From Eledone cirrhosa (lineage: Eukaryota): a stretch of DNA of 64,000 nucleotides. Positions within the stretch are counted from its first letter, which is position 1; each line of letters opens with the position of its first letter. Positions 1 to 12,324 of this stretch are shown here, piece by piece. Made by a program: the position numbers and the translations under genes. The notes under the pieces were generated by a model. It was not told the DNA's origin. It worked only from the letters and a program-made list of their open reading frames with translations, and made no database searches. Location: assembly GCA_964016885.1 (NCBI GenBank), contig OZ024762.1:10602001-10666000 (forward strand), read 5' to 3'.

Positions 1-151
1 CCGACGGTAGAGCTCAAGCCGTTTCAACGGGGTCATACTTTTTCCTATTTCCCACTCTACTACCCTAAGTATTGAGTACTCTGGTGCGTTATGGTCCATC
101 TGGTTCCTTACCACAATTCCTTTGTTATATATATATATATATTTATATATA

Positions 152-347
152 TTTTAATATAGATGAGATTCTACAGGACTAGAACTGTTTCATTCTTTAG
201 AAATCATCAGGAATCTGATGATTTCTAAAGAATGAAACAGTTCTAGTCCTGTAGAATCTCATCTATATTAAAACTTTTATACTCTGCAATGTATTGAGTA
301 CCTTACTTACTGTGGTTACCTCCGATTCAACCCGGAATAACGTACTT
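152..347. mobile_element. (TA)n-inserted element with inverted arms (Penelope-like terminal fragment)
   Basis: Perfect inverted repeat 152-210 / 215-273. The right arm continues to about 347. (TA)n flanks both sides. A truncated second copy lies at about 38649-38708. Confidence 0.6.
166..216 (-). ncRNA. Type I hammerhead ribozyme motif
   Basis: Minus strand reads AGAUUC-CUGAUGA-U.UUC(UAAA)GAA.U-GAA-ACAG(UUCUAGUC)CUGU-A-GAAUCU. The core is intact, stem I has 6 bp, stem III has 4 bp, the cleavage triplet is GUA, and a U.U mismatch sits at the stem II base. Confidence 0.72.
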
Positions 348-455
348 ATATATATATATATATATACACATATATATATACATACACACACTTAGATATA
401 TATACATACACACACACACACACATATACATACACACACACACACACATATACAT

Positions 456-493
<38 letters not shown>

Positions 494-699
494 TCATACA
501 CACAAATATACACATATATATATATATATACTTATACATACATATATACACACACATACACACATGCATAGACATACATATACACACAAACACAGACATA
601 TATACACTCAATACTGTATTTGAGAGGAGGGGAAACACGAGACAAACCAATATGGCGTCTAATGATTTAATATTTAAAAAATGATATTCTAAGCAAACA

Positions 700-1320
700 C
701 GATAATGGCTTCTACCTTAGGCAAAGACTATCAATTTGAGAAAGGGGAGGAGAAAGCCGATTAAATCAATCCCAGTGCATTACTGGTACTTTATTTTATC
801 GACCCCGCGAAAGGATGAAAGGCAAATTTAACTTCGGCGGGATTTGAACTCAGAAAGTAAAGGGACATAACTCTATGCTGCAAAGTATGGTGTCTGACGT
901 TCTACCAATAGGCACAAGGCCATCAATTTTAGGTGGAAAGGAAAGCCGATTAAATAAACCCCAGTGCATTACTGGTACTTTATTTTATCGACCCCGCCGA
1001 AAGGATGAAAGGCAAAGTTAACCTCGGGGGGATTTGAACTCAGAACGTAAGGGGACAGGACTCTATGCTGCAAAGCATGGTATCTGACGCTCTACCGATT
1101 CAACTGACAGTCCACCGGCCTTAGTGAAGAAATAATTGTTTCTACTTTCGGCACAAGGCCAGCAATTAACCCTAGTGTATTACTGATACTTTATTTTATC
1201 GACCCGCGTAAGGATGAAAGGCAAAGTTAACCTTGGCGGGATTTGAAATCAGAACGTAAAGGGCCGTAACTCCATGCTGCAAAGCATGGCGTCCGACACT
1301 CTACCGATACTGGCAATGAT
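700..1320 (-). mobile_element. Cluster of tRNA-derived SINEs (Deu/Nin-like central domain)
   Basis: The reverse complement shows an A-box-like TGGCAGTATCGG and a B-box GAGTTCAAATCC, followed by GCCTTTCATCCTT..GGGTCGATAAAATAAAGTACCAG. Three to four partial copies in tandem. Confidence 0.8.
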
Positions 1321-1348
1321 GTTTAAATATTTGACTCGATATATTTAC

Positions 1349-1378
1349 CTGGTTTGCAACATTTTCAATGCTTTGGGT
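1349..1378 (-). CDS. Uncharacterised gene, coding exon 14 (TQSIENVANQ); gene probably continues left of window
   Basis: Acceptor tttatttttag, donor CAG|gtaaat, phase 0/0 matching the upstream exon. Confidence 0.65.
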
Positions 1379-1445
1379 CTAAAAATAAACAGAAAAGAGA
1401 GAACCTTACAAAACATTATATATATATATGACCCACCCAAAGTGT

Positions 1446-1529
<84 letters not shown>

Positions 1530-1791
1530 ATGTATGTGTGTGTGGTGGTGTGTCTAATTGCATTTTTCGCAAAATTTATGAGAAACCGATATAGAGATAT
1601 TTCAGGTTATATCAACACCGTCCTTGTTGATAACAGTCAAGTTGTTGAGACTCGTGTTTATGCACATACATGGATACATACATGCATATATATATATATA
1701 TATACATACATACACACACATACATACATACATATGTATATATATGTATGTATATATATATATATATATACATATATATATACACACATAG

Positions 1792-1827
<36 letters not shown>

Positions 1828-1833
1828 ATATAT

Positions 1834-1864
<31 letters not shown>

Positions 1865-1868
1865 CACA

Positions 1869-1909
<41 letters not shown>

Positions 1910-1925
1910 TTATCAATACATTTAC

Positions 1926-2017
1926 CTTGTGAAAGACCGTTTCACCAGTAGAACTAGTTCGGCTAAATTCTGCATATGTCTCCTCACTTTTCTTTGCAAT
2001 CTCTTTCAATCTCTGAC
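1926..2017 (-). CDS. Uncharacterised gene, coding exon 13 ([31 protein letters not shown])
   Basis: Acceptor ttttttaatag, donor AAG|gtaaat, phase 1/0. Confidence 0.75.
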
Positions 2018-2619
2018 CTATTAAAAAAAAACCTCTTTGTTTAATATTCTTGATGTTATTGTTGTTGCTGTTGTTGTTGAAGTTACTTTTATTTTTCTCA
2101 CTCGATTTTTTTCCTTTGTGAACGTAGGGGTTTTTTTTTTTTGTGATTTACATGTCTGCCTCAAAAGCTCGCCACCTAGGTAAACCGCCTGATTTGTCAC
2201 TCGTTAGCTGGAAGGCTCCTTACTCCAGAAGCTTGTCACCCTGGAGAATCGTCGGTCTAGAGGTCAATTAGTTTAAAGCATCGTCGCCCTCTCTACTCAG
2301 AGAGTCTTATGTCTAGAGCCTCGACTGTCCGATGGCTCATCATCTTGGAAACTCGTCACTCCAGGAGAATTGTCCGCTTTGTGGATCGTTAGCTTCAAGG
2401 GTCCTTATTCAGTAAGCTGGTCAGCCTGGAGAATTGTCAGCCTAGAAGCTTATCCAGTCTAAAGTCTCGTCTCACCCCTACAGTCCCCTTCAGAGACTCC
2501 TATGCCAAGTGGCTTGACTGTCCGATGGCTCGTCATCTCGGAGATTCTTCACTTCAAGAGAATTATCAGCCGAGAAACTCATGAGACATTTTTTGTCAGC
2601 TCAGCTCGATGTCACATCT

Positions 2620-3090
2620 GTCCTGAGCTCCGTCGGAGTCTGAGACGTCTGGAGCTTCGTTGGACACTGGTCAGCCTAGAGCTACGTCGGACTCTGGCCA
2701 GTCCTGAGCTTCGTCGGAGTCTGGTCAGCCTAGAGCTACATCGGACTCTGGCCAGTCCTGAGCTTCGTCGGAGTCTGGTCAGCCTAGAGCTACGTCGGAC
2801 TCTGGCCAGTCCTAAGATACGTCGGACACTGGTCAGCCTAGAGCTACATCGGACTCTGGCCAGTCCTGAGCTTCGTCGGAGTCTGGTCAGCCTAGAGCTT
2901 CGTCGGAGTCTGACCAGTCCTGAGCTTCGTCGGAGTCTGGTCAGCCTAGAGCTACGTCGGACTCTGGCCATTCCTAAGATACGTCGGACACTGGTCAGCC
3001 TAGAGCTACGTCGGACTCTGACCAGTCCTGAGCTTCGTCGGAGTCTGGTCAGTATGGAGCTTCGCTGGACATTGGTCAGTCTGGAGTTTA
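2620..3090. repeat. 27-bp minisatellite (54-bp dimer), open on both strands
   Basis: Alternating units GAGCTTCGTCGGAGTCTGGTCAGCCTA and GAGCTACGTCGGACTCTGGCCAGTCCT. Degenerate related sequence extends to about 2150. Confidence 0.85.
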
Positions 3091-3177
3091 TATCGGTTTG
3101 ATTGACGTTAAGCGAATACAAAACTTCCTGACTCTTTATAGAGCGTCTGTCAATTGAAGCATGGTCTTCTTCAACGT

Positions 3178-4076
3178 CAACACCACCACCGCCGCCACCA
3201 CCACCACCACCACCACCACCACCACCAACAACAACAACAATACCATCAACAATAACAATACCACCATGACCAACAACACAACCACCATCACCAACAACAC
3301 AATCACCATCACAAATACACCATCACCAACAACCACTACCAACAACACCACCATCACCACCATAACAACCACTACCAACAACACCATCACCAACAACACC
3401 ACCACCACAACAACCACTACCAACAACACCATCACCAACAACACCACCATCACAACAACCACTACCAACAACACCAACACCACCACCATCACCAACACCA
3501 TCACCAACAACACCACGATCACCAACAACACCATCAACAACATCAACACCATCACAACAACCACCGCCACCACCAACACCACCACCACCACAACAACCAC
3601 CAACAACACCATCACAACAACCACCACCATCACCAACACCACCATCACAACAACCACCGCCACCACCAACAACACCACCATCACAACAACCACCGCCACC
3701 ACCAACAACACCATCAACCACAACACCACCATCACAACAACCACCACCAACAACACCACCACCATCAACAACAACACCACCATCACAACAACCACCACCA
3801 CCACCATCACAACAACCACCACCACCACCAACAACACCACCACCATCAACAACACCACCACCATCACAACAACCACCACCACCACCATCACAACAACCAC
3901 CACCATCACCAACACCACCATCAGAACAACCACTGCCACCACCAACAACACCAACACCATCACAACAACCACCACCACCAACAACACCACCACCATCACA
4001 ACAACCACCACCATCACCAACACCACCATCAGAACAACCACCGCCTCCATCAACAACACCAACACCATCACAACAA
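3178..4076. repeat. Compound (CAC/CAA/CAT)n trinucleotide repeat, intronic
   Basis: About 900 bp of ACC/AAC/ATC triplets; this explains the poly-Thr/Val/Gly ORFs. Confidence 0.9.
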
Positions 4077-4102
4077 TGGTGGCTATAATGAAACTGGCGT
4101 AC

Positions 4103-4205
4103 CTTGTAGTTTGTCCATTTCATTCATCAGTTTAACCTTGGACTCTTCCAAGATGTCAATACCGGACATGAGTTTCTTAAGATGTTGTTCTGGGATACTG
4201 ATTCC
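4103..4205 (-). CDS. Uncharacterised gene, coding exon 12 (GISIPEQHLKKLMSGIDILEESKVKLMNEMDKLQ)
   Basis: Acceptor tttctcctcccag, donor AAG|gtacgc, phase 0/1; coiled-coil-like sequence. Confidence 0.8.
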
Positions 4206-4378
4206 CTGGGAGGAGAAATATATAAGAAATGGTCACTTTATTGGATTCATTGTATGTATGTGTGTGTGTGTGTGTGTGTCATAATGTTTGTATATCTATG
4301 TATGAATATATGCATGTACGGACATATACATAGATACACATACATACTCGAAAGAAGGAAAAGCAACGATGGGACTTA

Positions 4379-4446
<68 letters not shown>

Positions 4447-4450
<4 letters not shown>

Positions 4451-4633
4451 AACAAGTAAGACCCCGACGGCTGAGCTCAAGCCGTTTCGACGGCTAATTC
4501 TGGAATTAGCCGTCGAAACGGCTTGAGCTCAGCCGTCGGGGTCTTACTTGTTCCTATTACCCACTCTACTACCCTAAGTATTGAGTACTTTGGTGCGTTA
4601 TGGTCCACCTGGTTCCTTACCACATTTCCTTCG

Positions 4634-4637
<4 letters not shown>
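4447..4637. mobile_element. Palindromic (TA)n-targeted element family A
   Basis: About 54-bp inverted arms (4447-4500 / 4503-4556) with one arm extended by about 80 bp. Family copies at about 1-128, 15060-15245, 18392-18533, 39085-39262, 47910-48105 and 61965-62160, each abutting (TA)n. Confidence 0.8.
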
Positions 4638-4688
<51 letters not shown>

Positions 4689-4690
<2 letters not shown>

Positions 4691-4741
4691 GTTTCAGAAA
4701 ATCCCGTTAAGGGTGAAAGCAGCGATTCTTTGCTCAGACTT
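4689..4741 (+). ncRNA. Decayed type I hammerhead motif
   Basis: AAGUUU-CAGAAAA-U.CCC(GUUAA)GGG.U-GAA-AGCA(9 nt)UGCU-C-AGACUU. All three stems pair, but the core differs from CUGAAGA at two positions. Confidence 0.5.
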
Positions 4742-5274
4742 TAATCTGTTATTTTAATAAATATATATATATATATAGATATATTCATGTATATGTGTAT
4801 CTATGTATGTGTGTCTGCATGTATATATATATGTATGCACATATGTATATATGTATATACGTACATGTATAAATATATAAATGTACATGAAAATCTGACA
4901 TTTGAAATATTAATTCTACACAAACGAACGTAGTTACTGTACCCGATTTTCTCAACTAATATTTATAGTGATCGAATATTGGAAGACAGATCATTACAGG
5001 CAAACGTCAGTTTATGATTTGATAAGGAAGAATCAATCACTTTAAAAATCCGCCCTGAAACAACATCATAACCTCTGAAGAAAACCAAAGAGCTAAACCC
5101 TGACAAAGGCCTTATAAATATTTAAAGTAACGGCCCTAGCTTCACCAGATTTATCTAAAGCAAAGGATTCCAACAAGATAGAAAGCAAGAATCAACAATA
5201 GGGAAGTTGTAAATGTTTGATAGAACAGGAACTAGTTCAGGAGACCCTCTACAGATACTACCATAATAATAATA

Positions 5275-5990
5275 ATAATTTTTGTTTCTTATATAGGCAC
5301 AAGGCCAGCAATTTCGGGGGAGGGGAAAGTCGATTAAATCGACCCCAGTGCGTGACTGGTACTTTATTTTATCGACCCCCGTAAGGATGAAAGGCAAAGT
5401 TAACCTCGGCGGGATTTGAACTCAGAATGGCAAGGGCCGTAACTCAATGCGTCAAAGCATGGCGTCCGATATTAATAATAATAATTGTTTCTACTTTTGG
5501 CACAAGGCCAGCAATTACCCAGTACATTACTGGTACTTTATTTTATCGACCCCCGTAAGGATGAAAGGCAAAGTCAACCTCGGCGGGATTTGAACTCAGA
5601 TCGTAAAGAGACGTAACTATGCTGGAAAGCATGGCGTCCGACCCTCTACCGATACTGCCAATCCAAATAATAATTGTTTCTACTTTTGGAACAAGGCCAG
5701 CAATTACCCAATGCATTACTGGTACTTTATTCTATCGAGTCCGGAAGGATGAAAGGAAAAGTTAACCTCGGCGGGATTTGAACTCCAATCCAAATAATAA
5801 TTGTTTCTACTTTAGGCACAAGGCCAGCAAATACCCAGTGCATTACTGGTACTTTATTTTATCGACCCCGTAAGGATGAAAGGCAAAGTCAACCTCGGCG
5901 GGATTTGAACTCAGATCGTAAAGGGACGTAACTATGCTGGAAAGCATGGCGTCCGACCCTCTACCGATACTGCCAATCCACTGCCAATCC
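5275..5990 (-). mobile_element. Tandem cluster of Deu/Nin-like tRNA SINEs
   Basis: Four head-to-tail copies of the family seen at 700-1320, with (AAT)n tails. Confidence 0.8.
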
Positions 5991-6027
5991 AAATAATAAT
6001 GATGATAGAGATACGTGATAAAATTAC

Positions 6028-7270
6028 CATATCTGAATGTTCTCTGAGCCAGGAATTATAGAGTAGAAACTGTGGCTTCGACGTGACAGATGTCTGACTG
6101 CGATCAGGAATACCTGGCTGACCTTCACTGAATCTCACACTCATTCCATTAACTCCATCACCACCACCACCACCACCACCACCTCCTCTATTTTTATCCT
6201 TCTTCATGGCGAACATCCTGCACACTTTTCTTGCCATCTTTTCTTCTTTCTCTTTCCTCCTCTTCTTCTTCTCCTCTTCCACCACTTCCACCGCCACCTC
6301 CTCCTTGTTTTCTCCGTCTTCTTTTTCTCTTTCTCTTTCTCCGTTTGACCTTGACCTTGTATCTGAAGCAGCCATCACACCAACTCTCGCCTCTACTTCA
6401 TCTTCATTCACCTTCATTTTCTTTGCTTCTTCTTCCCCATCTTCTTCTTCTGCTTCTTCTTCCCCATCTTCTTCTTCTGCTTTTTCTTCTTCTTCTTCTT
6501 CACTTTTTTCATTTCCGATAACGTCTTTATCTTCAGAATCCTCCTCCTCCCCACCATCATCATCATCATCGTCATCATCATCGTCATCATCATCATCATC
6601 ATCATCGTCGTCATCATCATCATCGTCATCATCATCATCGTCATCATCATCATCATCGTCATCATCATCATCGTCATCATCATCTACATCTTCGTCGTCG
6701 TCGTCATCAATATCGAAGCTTTCATTGTCACCACCATCACCATCATCATCATCATCACCATCATCACCATCATCATCACCATCATCATCACCATCATCAT
6801 CACCATCATCATCACCATCATCACCACCACCATCATCACCATCACCATCATCACCACCTTTACTTCCATCTTGCTTTTCATCATATTCCACACCACCACC
6901 ACCACCACCACCATCACCACCACCATCACCACCACCATCACCACCACCACCACCACCACCACCACCGACACCGCCGCCGTCTCCATACTCCGAGTCGTTA
7001 GCCACCATGTCATCGGTGTTGTCGCAGTTCTTTGAGTTGTTGTTCTTTCTGCGTTCTTTAGAGAGGTTTCTGGGATCAGCCCGTTTCCCTTTAACCCTTG
7101 TCGACAAGTGCCGTTGTTTCGTGTTCTCCTCCTTTTTCTTCTTCTTCTTCAGACAACTGAATGTCCGACCAGCTTCGTCACTGGCTCCGACAGTGAACGT
7201 CCCGCGTTTCTCTTGCTCTCTACGAATGCTTTGCTGGAAGATGCGTTCATAGAAGGTGAGACGAGACGGC
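6028..7270 (-). CDS. Uncharacterised gene, large coding exon 11 (basic, Gly-rich, poly-Asp and Glu-rich segments)
   Basis: Acceptor cttttcacaacag, donor ATG|gtaatt, phase 2/0, 1243 nt open. It joins the previous exon to give LRKYCILKPSRLTFYERIFQ. Confidence 0.75.
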
Positions 7271-7544
7271 CTGTTGTGAAAAGAAGAAACGAAGCTTAGG
7301 TCACATGTCTGTATCACGTGTTTAATGTGTTTAAATCTGTTTAGAATTTTACTTATCTATTTATTTATTAATTTATTAACCCGTCACCTTCTTTTTTGGG
7401 GGGTGGGCTGGGGGGGGGGGGTAGGGTGGGGATGGGGGAGGTATTGCTCGATGAGACCGGGAGGAGGGGGGGGGGGGGGGCATCCTAGATCAGTGATACT
7501 AGAGGTATCACCATGCGTAGAGCCGAGCGGGTCCTTCGTGGGTG

Positions 7545-7866
7545 GTAACATAACCCCTTCCTCACAACTTGCTGGCCTTGTGCCAAAATTAGAAATCATT
7601 ATTAATCTCGGTGGGTTGACAGTATCGGTAGAGGGTCGGACGCTATGCTTTGCAGCATAGAGTTACGGCCCTTTACGATCTGAGTTCAAATCTGCCGAGG
7701 TTAACTTTGCTTTTCATCCTTACAAGGTCAATAAAATTAAGTACCAGTAATACTACACTGGATATTTGCTGGCCTTGTGCCAAAAGTAGAAACATTATTT
7801 CTGTGTCGGACGCCATGCTTTGCAGCATAGAGTTACGGCCCTTTATGATTTGAGTTCAAATCCCGT
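7545..7866 (+). mobile_element. Deu/Nin-like tRNA SINE copies
   Basis: Same family in + orientation; B-box GAGTTCAAATC present. Confidence 0.75.
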
Positions 7867-8168
7867 CACCAACAACAACAACAACAACACCACCACCAAC
7901 ACCACCACCAACAACACCACCACCACCACCTCCAACAACAACAACACCATCACATCACCAGCAACAACAACACTACCACCACCACCACCACCACCAACAA
8001 CAACAACACCAACAACACCACCACCAACAACACCACCACCAACAACACCACCACCACCACCAACAACATCACCACCAATAACAACACCAACACCACTAAC
8101 AACAACACCAACAGCAACACCATCTTCAACAACAACATCAATTCTGAAGCGATAAAGGAAAATCATAC

Positions 8169-8288
8169 TTTAAGATGCAGTATTTTCTAAGAATATCTGT
8201 CGAACGGTCTGTTGCCAAGTTGGTATTTTCTCCGAATTCTTCCTGCTCTGCCATTCCTTCCTCCCCTGTTTGTTGATCAAGTGGGATT
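8169..8288 (-). CDS. Uncharacterised gene, coding exon 10 (EIPLDQQTGEEGMAEQEEFGENTNLATDRSTDILRKYCIL)
   Basis: Acceptor tttctgttcctcgacag, donor AA|gtatga, phase 2/2. Confidence 0.8.
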
Positions 8289-8964
8289 CTGTCGAGGAAC
8301 AGAAAGAAAAACTATAGAGGAGGGGGCTTAAATTTTTAATTTGTGAGCCCACATACTGTGACATCTCCCATTTCAGCCCTCCCTCCAATGTATAGCTCAC
8401 AAATCCGAGCACTTTTCCTCTGTTTGTTGCTCAAGTGGGATTCCATCGAGGAACATAAAGAGGAATTTTAGGGGGTTTAAATTTAAGTTTGGGATCCCAC
8501 ATGCTGTGACATCTCTTCCCAAATTCAGCCCCTCCACCATCGCATCGCTCACAATCCGTGCTTTATTCCTTTGCTTGTTTTTCAACTGGGATTCCATCGA
8601 GGAACAAAAGAAGAATTTTAGGGGGTTTAAATTTAAGTTTGGGATCCCACATGCTGTGACATCTCTTCCCAAATCCAGCCCCTCCACCATCGCATCGCTC
8701 ACAATCCGTGCCTTATTCCTTTGCTTGTTATTCAACTGGGATTCAATCGAGGAACAAAAGAAGAATTTTAGGGGGTTTAAATTTAAGTTTGGGATCCCAC
8801 ATGCTGTGACATCTCTTCCCAAATCCAGCCCCTCCACCATCGCATCGCTCACAATCCATGCCTTATTCCTTTGCTTGTTATTCAACTGGGATTCCATCGA
8901 GGAACAAAAGAAGAATTTTAGGGGGTTTAAATTTAAGTTTGGGATCCCACATGCTGTGACATCT
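8265..8964. repeat. 150-bp tandem repeat overlapping the exon 10 acceptor
   Basis: Period 150 (e.g. 8581/8731/8881), about 4.5 copies; the leftmost copy is diverged and contains the functional acceptor. Confidence 0.85.
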
Positions 8965-9359
8965 TACGTTTCACATCTCCCATTCCTTATTATCTACCGA
9001 TTAAAACAGAAAACTAAGAAATACTACAGTTATCAATCTATGGAGAGTCATATAGATTGATAACATCTTTCTATATGATGTTCTAATGGTTCTGTCAACT
9101 GGCCTTCACCACTGCCGCCTCTAATAAGACAGTAGGGGTGTGTATGTGTGTGTGGATTTGGTTGCTATTTCTAGCAGGTTCAATAACCACATAGAGGCTG
9201 CCCTCTGACTATTATTGATTTTGTTTGTTAGGTCATCTATTGTTGTTCTCCTTGATCCCATCGATCGGCCATTGCTGCTTTGGGTGTGTGTGTGTGTGTG
9301 GGGGGGGGGGTCTGTGTGTGAATGTGTGTATGTGTGTATATATCTATATTATATATATG

Positions 9360-10381
<1,022 letters not shown>

Positions 10382-10399
10382 TATATATATATATATCTT

Positions 10400-10820
10400 C
10401 CCAGTAGAAAGAAGACGCAGTAGAGGAAGACTACGAAAAACATGGACGGATGTGGTGAGAGCGGACTTGAGATCGCTGAAACTCACGGAGGAGATGACGA
10501 AGGGGTGTGACAAGTGGAGAGATGCTGTGCTGAATAGGTCCCACAGCAAAAAAAGCACCCAGCCCACACTGTAGGAGGAGATGACGAAGGGGTGTGACAA
10601 GTGGAGAGATACTGTGCTGAATAGGTCTCACAGCAAAAAAGCACCCAGCCCCCACTGTAGGAGGAGTGGACGTGTAGGCGCCACGGAAAAAAAGCACCCA
10701 GCACTCACTGTAAATGAGGTTGGTGTTAGGAAGGGCATCCAGCTGTAGAAATCAAGCCAGAATTAGTTCCCGTCCCACCCTTGCAAGCAGGGAAAAGCGG
10801 ACGTAAAATGATGATGATGA
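10400..10820 (+). mobile_element. RTE-type LINE 3' fragment fused to an RTE-tailed SINE end
   Basis: Encodes RRSRGRLRKTWTDVVRADLRSLKLTEEMT, then AGGAAGGGCATCCAGCTGTAGAAA and a (TGA)n tail. Confidence 0.7.
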
Positions 10821-10829
10821 ATAACTTAC

Positions 10830-10906
10830 TCTTTTGTCTTTCGGCGTATCTTCCCTTTGTCATGGATCCGAGACTTTTTAGATTGCTTCCCTTTTCTTTG
10901 TTTCGG
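10830..10906 (-). CDS. Uncharacterised gene, coding exon 9 (PKQRKGKQSKKSRIHDKGKIRRKTK)
   Basis: Acceptor cttaaaatag, donor GA|gtaagt, phase 0/2. Confidence 0.75.
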
Positions 10907-11350
10907 CTATTTTAAGTAAAATATATAAATAGTTGTTAGATATACAGAGTGTAAGGGGGTTATTATAATACCGATTAAATCTACCCCAGTGCATTACTGG
11001 TACTTTATTTTATCGACCCTGTAAGGATGAGAGGCAAAGTTAACCTCGGCTGGATTTGAACTCAGGACGTAAAGGGACGTAACTTTATGCCACAAAGCAT
11101 GTTGTCCGACGCTCTACCGATTCTAAACAGAATAATTATTTCTATTTTTAGGCACAAGACCAGCAATTTACCCCCAGTGCATTACTGGTACTTTATTTTA
11201 TCGACCCCGTAAGGATGAAGGGCAAAGTTAACCTCGGCGAGATTTGAACTCAGAATGGCAAGGGCCGTAACTCTTTGCGTCAAAGCATAGCGTCCGACCC
11301 TCTACCGATTCTGCCAATCCCCCGCAACAATAATGATAGTAAAACCCAAC

Positions 11351-11446
11351 CTGTGTAGGACTTTGATTCTCTGTGGTGTCTTTGGTGTCTTTCGCTGGAG
11401 TTTCTTGGCAACTTTCTATGGCTGTTGACGTATCAGATTCTGGAAG
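11351..11446 (-). CDS. Uncharacterised gene, coding exon 8 (LPESDTSTAIESCQETPAKDTKDTTENQSPTQ)
   Basis: Acceptor ttttttaaacag, donor CAG|gttggg, phase 0/0. Confidence 0.75.
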
Positions 11447-11608
11447 CTGTTTAAAAAAAGTTTCCAATTTAGACATAAAGCCAGAAATTTGGATGGTGGG
11501 GCGAGGGGGGGGGGTATTAACTCTACCCCCAGTACATGACTGGTACTTTATTTTATCAACCCTCAAGGATGAAAGTTAAATTTGAACTCTGAACGTAAAG
11601 ATCTAGAA

Positions 11609-11813
11609 CTGTGGAACCCCGGTTCATGAACGCCTCTCATCACTAACAAATCGGTACACAAACAATTCTTCAGGACATAAAACGTTTCGGTTCACGAACG
11701 GTGTCTCCAGTAACGAACACGCAAGCCGACAATAGCAGTTGGCGATAAGCTGGGAGTAATGGCGGGAAAGCGTCACTTGCTGTGTAGTTTGTTACTATGG
11801 TGATATCTATCTG

Positions 11814-11902
<89 letters not shown>

Positions 11903-12046
11903 CTCTCTCTCTCTCTCTCACTCTCTCTCTCTCTCTCTCTCTCTCTCAATATTTCGTATGGGAAAAATAGTTTCGCGGGTGATGAACATTTCGGGTGACG
12001 AATGGATTTCAGGAACGAATTAATAACGTGAACCGAGGTTCCACTG
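11609..12046. mobile_element. Tigger/pogo-like MITE
   Basis: About 20-bp TIRs: CTGTGGAACCCCGGTTCATG on the left and CGTGAACCGAGGTTCCACTG+TA on the right. Internal (CA)n(CT)n. Confidence 0.7.
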
Positions 12047-12223
12047 TACTACAAATCATCTATCAATTAATGCATGCAAGATTTCACAGCTCTAGCATCA
12101 CTCCTTCATAATCAGCCTACTGCGAAGAGAACACTTTAACCATTCGACCATGGTGTGTTCACTTTCAACAAATAATTAGATCAGAGAAATGAAGGTATTG
12201 TCACCTGAAACCACTCTACTTAC

Positions 12224-12324
12224 TTTGTCAGATTGTTCTAAGATGGAGCTAATGGAGTATCTATCTGACAGGTCTTCATTATCTGACACGGAACATTCAC
12301 TATTTGCCAAAATATTAACTGAGA
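12224..12324 (-). CDS. Uncharacterised gene, coding exon 7 (ISVNILANSECSVSDNEDLSDRYSISSILEQSDK)
   Basis: Acceptor gttttgtttttcag, donor AAA|gtaagt, phase 1/0. Confidence 0.75.

Noticed and set aside
3136-4135. Mucin-like Thr/Asn ORF and Gly/Cys/Val ORFs
   Set aside because: Trinucleotide repeat lying between two in-phase exons; no splice signals support it.
6206-7252. Ser/Pro-rich + strand ORF
   Set aside because: Antisense shadow of the Asp/Gly-rich minus-strand exon.
8968-8993. Possible 26-nt micro-exon (ggtag|...AAAC|gtaaga)
   Set aside because: It introduces a stop in the required phase; exons 9 and 10 join without it.
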